64,000 nucleotides of DNA from Alphaproteobacteria bacterium (lineage in GTDB: Bacteria; Pseudomonadota; Alphaproteobacteria; SPJN01). The notes under the pieces are model-generated. The model was not told the DNA's origin and did no database searches. It saw nothing but the letters and a program-made list of their open reading frames with translations. A program made the position numbers and the translations under genes. Within the stretch, counting starts at the first letter, position 1. The number at the start of each line of letters is the position of its first letter. Shown piece after piece: positions 59,801 through 64,000 of the stretch. The DNA lies in contig CBDDKB010000002.1 of assembly GCA_965229935.1 (NCBI GenBank), forward strand, positions 130,178 to 194,177, in the 5' to 3' direction.

Positions 59801-59939
59801 CGCGCGCAAGCAGGCGCAATGGCAGGCCGATCATGCCGCTTTTATGGGCGACCATACGCTCAATAGCGAGGTGGGTCTTACCGGTATTGGTTGGACCCAG
59901 CACCGCCGTTACCCGCGTGCTGTCAGCAAAATCAGTCAA
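56862..59939 (-). CDS. Superfamily-2 helicase-related protein (Suv3-like) with Gly/Arg/Lys-rich low-complexity C-terminal tail
   Basis: Walker A GPTNTGKT, DEIQ box, SAT-like LGSAT, helicase C-domain. Last roughly 110 aa are RGG/KG-rich. Confidence 0.7.
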   Translation of the reverse strand: MTDFADSTRVTAVLGPTNTGKTHLAIERMVAHKSGMIGLPLRLLAREVYDRVAKLRGPRSVALITGEERIVPPNPSYWVATVEAMPLDIPVRFLAIDEIQLVQDRERGHVFTNRLLHARGLDETMLLGSATMIPLIRHLLPDAHIQSRPRFSTLDYAGSKKLTRLPRRSAIVGFSADQVYAMAELIRRQRGGAAVVMGGLSPRTRNAQVDMYQSGEVDFLVATDAIGMGLNLDLTHVAFAATQKFDGISHRGLRADELAQIAGRAGRYRTDGTFGTTADAPLLDDEIVEAILNSEFEAVRHAQWRHAALEFGSLPSLLHSLDRPPPVQGLIRAREQLDQRSLRALADLEDVRDRLSGPARLKQLWEVAQIPDFRSAPEDVHIRLLKTLFDQLTGQSEHIGEDWLQNAVRPLDNLNGDIDALQARIAHIRTFTYLSHKSAWLHDAKHWQERTREIEDALSDALHERLTQRFVDRRTSVLLRKLKEKDPLMGSVTAQGDVIIEDERVGTITGFTFTAAEDQSAADSAGNDLSKKTLAEAIRGPVSVELAARAHRLLALFDAGAKADAMIAQSADKAADAGASADTADGGDKAAPATSAFKAPKEPPAPVTLESDGTVTWDGAVIARLKKGAHKLRPELVMLANDWLEPAIATQVEVRLGKWLQDHIDGVLAPIAALRDGELNSGVARGIAFELVENLGVLPRDGEVAERLRDLDQAARGELRQYGVRFGEMTLFQPAILKPRQVQLRLLLWQLADEIDTLPDVPTAGLCSTPALKDAPQGFYEMCGFRQCGRQAVRIDMLERLSDMLRPLNATGPFEISADHMSIVGCSGDEFTSIMLALGYRSREAMRDNLPEGAQLAPKAPEQIAKEERERAAAEAGETSPTGEASATGEAGAGEDAEKSAEANTEQGAANDAAPAIDPNKVLLWRLKRGARHIGSAAPARQNADRSDRRGNDGARNNRGGKGKPGGKGGQGNQRGKRGDRNGQRQNKPRNFSSGGGSPRRGPDPNSPFAALQGLKDQLGKDGKD

Positions 59940-60282
59940 GGAATTGGTCGCTAAATTGGGGGGATCAGCGGCGCGTCAGCCGCGTGGCCTGTGATTGGGG
60001 TTAAGAGTGTAGTTGCATTGACTTTGACCAGATTCCGCATGTGACGCAAGCAAAACCGGGGGGATGGTAATGGGCTGGGTTTGGGGCAAAGAATTCGCCT
60101 GTCGAATAAATGTCCCCAAACTATCCACACCAAATGGGGCAAATATAGAACAAGCCATGACCGAATCGGAAATTCATCGCATTTCTTGCTTCGTTCACGG
60201 CTATATCTGGTGGGCGGGGTCGCGTGGAACGCAAGTCACCTGTGCTTAATGACGTATAAAATTCAATATCTTGGGTGCGGTT

Positions 60283-61698
60283 TTAGGCGTTTTGATCGTC
60301 AATCGCCTCAAGCGCGCGGCGGGTTTCTTCCTGTCTGGCGCGGGTGATGGGGTGATACCACAGCAGCACCGCGTTGATGGCGGATACGACCACGGGGATC
60401 GTCACAAAGATGATTGCCAGGCCCTTGATGGCCTCTGGCGTGTTTTCCTGACCCGGCTGATAGCTAAAGCCTTGTTCCAAAATCACATAGACGATCCCGA
60501 CCGACAGGGCGATACCCAGCTTTTGGGTCATGTTGATAAAGGCATAGAACAGCCCGGTGCGTTCTTCGCCCGTTTTCAGGCGGTCTTCATCCACAAGGTC
60601 AGCAGTGATTGCCCGGATCAGAAGGGAGCCTGCACCCAAATTGACGCCCAACAAAACCCATAACATCAGCGCTGCGAAGGGGTCGCCCTTGGGGACGATC
60701 AGGACAAGCGGCAGGGTGACAACCGTGACAATAGCGGTGCCTGCCAATGTGCGGTGCTTTTCATATTTATAGGACAGTTTCAGGATCAACGGCACAAAGG
60801 CGATGCCTGATCCGAAATAAACCAACAGCATCCATTCAGCATGACTTTCAAGCAGCAAGTAGTCGCTGACCAAAAATAGGTAAAGCGATGTGACAACGCC
60901 TGTGGACAGGCCACCAAGAAGGTCGATCAGCAAAATGCGTTGCAGGGGCTTGTTATAGCGTAGTTCGCTGATCGCCACTTGCCATTTGATCGGTGCCGCT
61001 GTTGTGCCCGTATGGGTGCGTTCTGGCACCAGCCAAACCGCCAGCAAAACTGTGATAGGTAACAGGATGATAGAGAACCAGCCCATTGATGAGACTTTTT
61101 CCCGTTGGCCGATTTCCATATCCGGTAAGAGCGAGGGTAGCAGCGCAGGCATGGTCAAAACGAACAGGGCGCCGAAAATCAAGGCGGCTTCGCGATAGCC
61201 TTGAATGCGACTTCGTTGATTGTAGTCGGGTGACAGTTCCGCCCCCCAACTCATGTGGGAGACGGTCAGCATCGTCCAGCCCACATACATAAAGATCATC
61301 CACCCCAACAGATAGCCAAAGCTGGCTTGGGTCACGGGGGGCATAAAGATCATGAAAATCGACACCAACATGATCGGCACTGATAGGGCGATCCAATGGC
61401 GGCGACGTCCCCAACGGCTGGGAAAACGATCTGACAGGAAGCCCAGAATAGGGTCGGTCACCGTGTCCCAGATCCGCGACAGGGTGAAGGCTAGCCCCAC
61501 CATGGTCAGTGGCAGGCCAAGCTCGGACGCATAGAAAGGCGGCAGATAAACAGTGATCGGCAGACCAAGGGCAGCAATAGGGACTGCGGGCCCGGCAAAG
61601 GCTGAAAGCCGCCAACCGGACATACGCGCCGTCGTTTTGTCGGCTGCTTGGCCTTGACCGGTCTTTTCGGCCGTGCCGTTTGCTGTGACATCTGTCAT
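60283..61698 (-). CDS. MFS transporter, glycoside-pentoside-hexuronide (GPH) cation symporter family
   Basis: 12-TM profile. DRFPSRWGRRRHW loop motif is typical of GPH/MelB-like carriers. Alternative start MSGWRL at 61623. Confidence 0.65.
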   Translation of the reverse strand: MTDVTANGTAEKTGQGQAADKTTARMSGWRLSAFAGPAVPIAALGLPITVYLPPFYASELGLPLTMVGLAFTLSRIWDTVTDPILGFLSDRFPSRWGRRRHWIALSVPIMLVSIFMIFMPPVTQASFGYLLGWMIFMYVGWTMLTVSHMSWGAELSPDYNQRSRIQGYREAALIFGALFVLTMPALLPSLLPDMEIGQREKVSSMGWFSIILLPITVLLAVWLVPERTHTGTTAAPIKWQVAISELRYNKPLQRILLIDLLGGLSTGVVTSLYLFLVSDYLLLESHAEWMLLVYFGSGIAFVPLILKLSYKYEKHRTLAGTAIVTVVTLPLVLIVPKGDPFAALMLWVLLGVNLGAGSLLIRAITADLVDEDRLKTGEERTGLFYAFINMTQKLGIALSVGIVYVILEQGFSYQPGQENTPEAIKGLAIIFVTIPVVVSAINAVLLWYHPITRARQEETRRALEAIDDQNA

Positions 61699-61883
61699 GC
61701 GGTGCCCCCACTCACTAAAATTTCGTCACGCGCCCGCATTGTGCTGCATGTGAGATATTTGACTATTGCTGATCAATCCAATGACTGCCGCTATTTTATT
61801 AACGTCCACCACGTGCAGTCGGATTTGTTGACGCTGATTATTTATCAGTTTGTCTTGTTTGTCGAGCCGGACTTAAAGCTGTT

Positions 61884-62798
61884 TTATTCGGTCAGGCTGG
61901 CCTGGGCAGCAGGCATGCTGCGGCGCAGGTCATAGTCGCTTAGATGAACCATAATCGTGCCATAGCCTGTAGCGGCCTGCAATTTGACGGGTAGCAATAT
62001 CGTTTCGCCTGTTGCGCTGTTCGCCACCGGGATGGGGGCCAGCCAAACCTTTGCAGGTTCGTAAGTTTTCGAACGGCGGCGCAGGCGGTCCTTGCCTGTG
62101 GCGGGGGCGATTTCTGTGGCGCTTTCGTCAAAGCCCTTGATCCGTTCAAACACCGCCTCGCACAAAATCGCGTCGCCTTCATAGGCGTTGTAACGGCTTT
62201 TGTTCATGCTTGTGGGGCGGATATATTTTGTGTGCAGGTCTGACCGGCGGCGGCCATCAAATATCCGCACGGTTTGCCCGCACGGCTTTTCGGCTGCAGC
62301 CAGTGTCAGGTGGAACAAGGCAGCCGATAGGGGGTCAAGCGTATCGAGCTGTTCTGACAGGGGGACGGGCTTGCGCTGCTCATCAGGGCCATAGGCGGGC
62401 GTGGCTTCAAGGGTGACGGGCTCGCCATCATGGAAGGTTACTTTTGTTTGCCGATCGATCGCAGTGTCCGTGCCATATTCATAGGCATAGCGTTCAGGCT
62501 TTACTGTACCGTCTTTGATCGCGCCCACCGCTTCGACAGTGCCGTGGCGGCCCCCTGTGAACAGATCAGCAAGGCCTGTGCCGCGCCCGGTTGAGACCAT
62601 CTCGTAGCGATCATCAAACAGGCGGCTCGATAGGTCAGCTGTGCCGATTTGGATGCCGCCGAAATAGAAATCGACGGTCATGGTGGCTTCGATGGCGCTT
62701 TTGTTAGAGTCAGCGGCGTTTGTTGCGAAGGGCAGCAGAATCAGTGCCGCGGCAGCGAAGAGTTGCCTGCCAAAAAGGTTTCGACGTAGAATCATCAT
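61884..62798 (-). CDS. Secreted DUF3108-like protein
   Basis: Signal MMILRRNLFGRQLFAAAALILLPFATNA. Family call from memory, tentative. Confidence 0.4.
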   Translation of the reverse strand: MMILRRNLFGRQLFAAAALILLPFATNAADSNKSAIEATMTVDFYFGGIQIGTADLSSRLFDDRYEMVSTGRGTGLADLFTGGRHGTVEAVGAIKDGTVKPERYAYEYGTDTAIDRQTKVTFHDGEPVTLEATPAYGPDEQRKPVPLSEQLDTLDPLSAALFHLTLAAAEKPCGQTVRIFDGRRRSDLHTKYIRPTSMNKSRYNAYEGDAILCEAVFERIKGFDESATEIAPATGKDRLRRRSKTYEPAKVWLAPIPVANSATGETILLPVKLQAATGYGTIMVHLSDYDLRRSMPAAQASLTE

Positions 62799-63160
62799 GA
62801 GATACCCTTAATTTTGGGCCCTTTTTTGAGGGGCTTTTCACGGCCAATGCGCCTTGTTTATAGGGTCCATATGCAAGGGCAGTTTGGCAAAAAAGCGGCA
62901 TAAAGGCGAAAATTTTGCGGATTCAGGCCCATGGGCCGAAAAAGCCGCGACAAATGGGACGTTTATCAGAATATCGCGCTGCAAAGACTTGACCTTAACC
63001 CCGCAAGCCGCCTATACAGCGCCTCTATTTTGATGAGGTGCCCGAAGCTGCTGTTTCCGGCGGATTTGGCGTGTGCCCATCAACATAATCAAATGATTGA
63101 ATTTTGAGGGCAGATTTGATCTGCCACGCCCTGAAAATCAGGGCCAGTAGGAGAAGAGCA

Positions 63161-63457
63161 ATGGCACGTCGTTGCGAACTAAGCGGTAAGGGCCCGATGG
63201 TCGGCAATAATGTCAGCCACGCCAACAACAAGACCAAGCGGCGCTTTTTGCCGAACCTGAACAATGTGACTCTGATTTCAGAAGCCCTGGAGCAGAGCTT
63301 TCAGTTCCGTGTGTCCATGCATGCGCTGCGTTCGGTAGAACATAATGGCGGTCTGGACAATTATCTGCTGAAAACAAAAGACGAGCAGCTTTCAGACAAG
63401 GCGCAAAAAGTAAAGCGCGACCTGAAGAAGAAGCTGGCTTCTGCTGACGCCGCTTAA
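63161..63457 (+). CDS. rpmB: 50S ribosomal protein L28 (long alphaproteobacterial form)
   Basis: [43 protein letters not shown]. Confidence 0.9.
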   Translation: MARRCELSGKGPMVGNNVSHANNKTKRRFLPNLNNVTLISEALEQSFQFRVSMHALRSVEHNGGLDNYLLKTKDEQLSDKAQKVKRDLKKKLASADAA

Positions 63458-63485
63458 TCGCGCGCGAACATAATTTTTTGAAAGA

Positions 63486-63518
63486 GCCCTGTCGGATCAT
63501 CCGGCAGGGCTTTTTCTT
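63486..63518 (+). terminator. rpmB Rho-independent terminator (10-bp stem gccctgtcgg/ccggcagggc plus TTTTT)
   Basis: 28 nt after the rpmB stop. Confidence 0.7.
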
Positions 63519-63521
63519 TAC

Positions 63522-64000
63522 CTAGTCGGCAAGCGCAAACACCAGCAGCAATGTGCGCTGTAGCGGGGTGTTAAAATTGTCGTCTGACATAATGTAGATA
63601 AGCGTGCGCCCATCATCTGTCACGCGCACGTCCATCGCTTCCATATTGTCGATGTTGGCACTGCGGTCGAGCTGTGTCAGAATCTGCCCATCAAGGGTGG
63701 CGCCGGGCTTTATGCTGGCACCAGCGATGCGGCGGATCTGCATGCTGACGCCGATGGTCTTGCCATAGCGCCGTTCCAGCACAAGCACATCACCGTTTGG
63801 TAGACGTGCCATGTCTGTGGGTTTGAACTCACCGCTTTTGCGCAAGGAAATTGGCAGCGCCTTGGGCCCATCGGCGATCCAGCCGACAATATTGCCTGCC
63901 TCGTCGCGGGCATCTTCCGTCAGTGCCATGATGTGACCGTCGGCAAGCTGCACAATCGCCTCCATCCCGCCATTAGAGGGGATCCAAGTGTCAGCAGGGG
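63522..64000 (-). CDS. Hypothetical protein, C-terminal part only (possibly esterase-like-activity-of-phytase family); continues beyond the window end
   Basis: ORF open to the window end. Weak family guess. Confidence 0.3.
   Translation of the reverse strand, partial: PADTWIPSNGGMEAIVQLADGHIMALTEDARDEAGNIVGWIADGPKALPISLRKSGEFKPTDMARLPNGDVLVLERRYGKTIGVSMQIRRIAGASIKPGATLDGQILTQLDRSANIDNMEAMDVRVTDDGRTLIYIMSDDNFNTPLQRTLLLVFALAD

Noticed and set aside
1-64000. Scan for CRISPR arrays, integrases, transposases and restriction-modification or toxin-antitoxin systems
   Set aside because: No short interspaced direct repeats and no recombinase, transposase or methyltransferase-like ORFs were seen. The only tandem repeats are in-frame coding repeats.

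Overview
This 64 kb window reads as a chromosomal segment from an alphaproteobacterium. Most of it is conserved housekeeping DNA, with a few small accessory insertions.

Main contents:
- The ChvG/ChvI two-component system sits with HprK, RapZ, EIIA-Man and HPr, next to a divergent pckA.
- polA, with a small zinc-finger ORF just upstream.
- A five-gene operon, tsaE–amgK–murU–addB–addA, followed by trxA.
- ahcY, rpmB and a 7Fe ferredoxin.
- A carbohydrate cluster: a DUF3604 protein, a sugar-phosphate isomerase, a GH3 beta-glucosidase and a GH13 alpha-glucosidase.
- tRNA-Ala(CGC) and tRNA-Arg(CCT).

The ORF track labels GTG/TTG starts as M, so several starts were moved to an in-frame ATG with a Shine-Dalgarno. 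I see no CRISPR array, integrase, transposase, restriction-modification system or recognisable toxin-antitoxin pair.

Best candidates for something undescribed:
1. A tandem pair of secreted, Gly/Asp/Leu/Pro-rich proteins built from long in-frame tandem repeats that share a DP(S/T)xLLGxL core (12.8–15.2 kb).
2. A low-GC islet between polA and trxA. It holds a 369-aa orphan protein whose C-terminal domain lies in the low-GC part, followed by three small 3-TM proteins; the first and third share a YLIG..W motif. This looks like a toxin/immunity arrangement.
3. A histone-H1-like AKKKT low-complexity module that recurs three times within 10 kb: as a standalone 185-aa protein, as an N-terminal extension on CarD/CdnL, and as a C-terminal tail on a WS/DGAT acyltransferase. 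That WS/DGAT shares a divergent promoter with a secreted START-like lipid-binding protein.

All functional calls come from reading motifs by eye. No database search was run.
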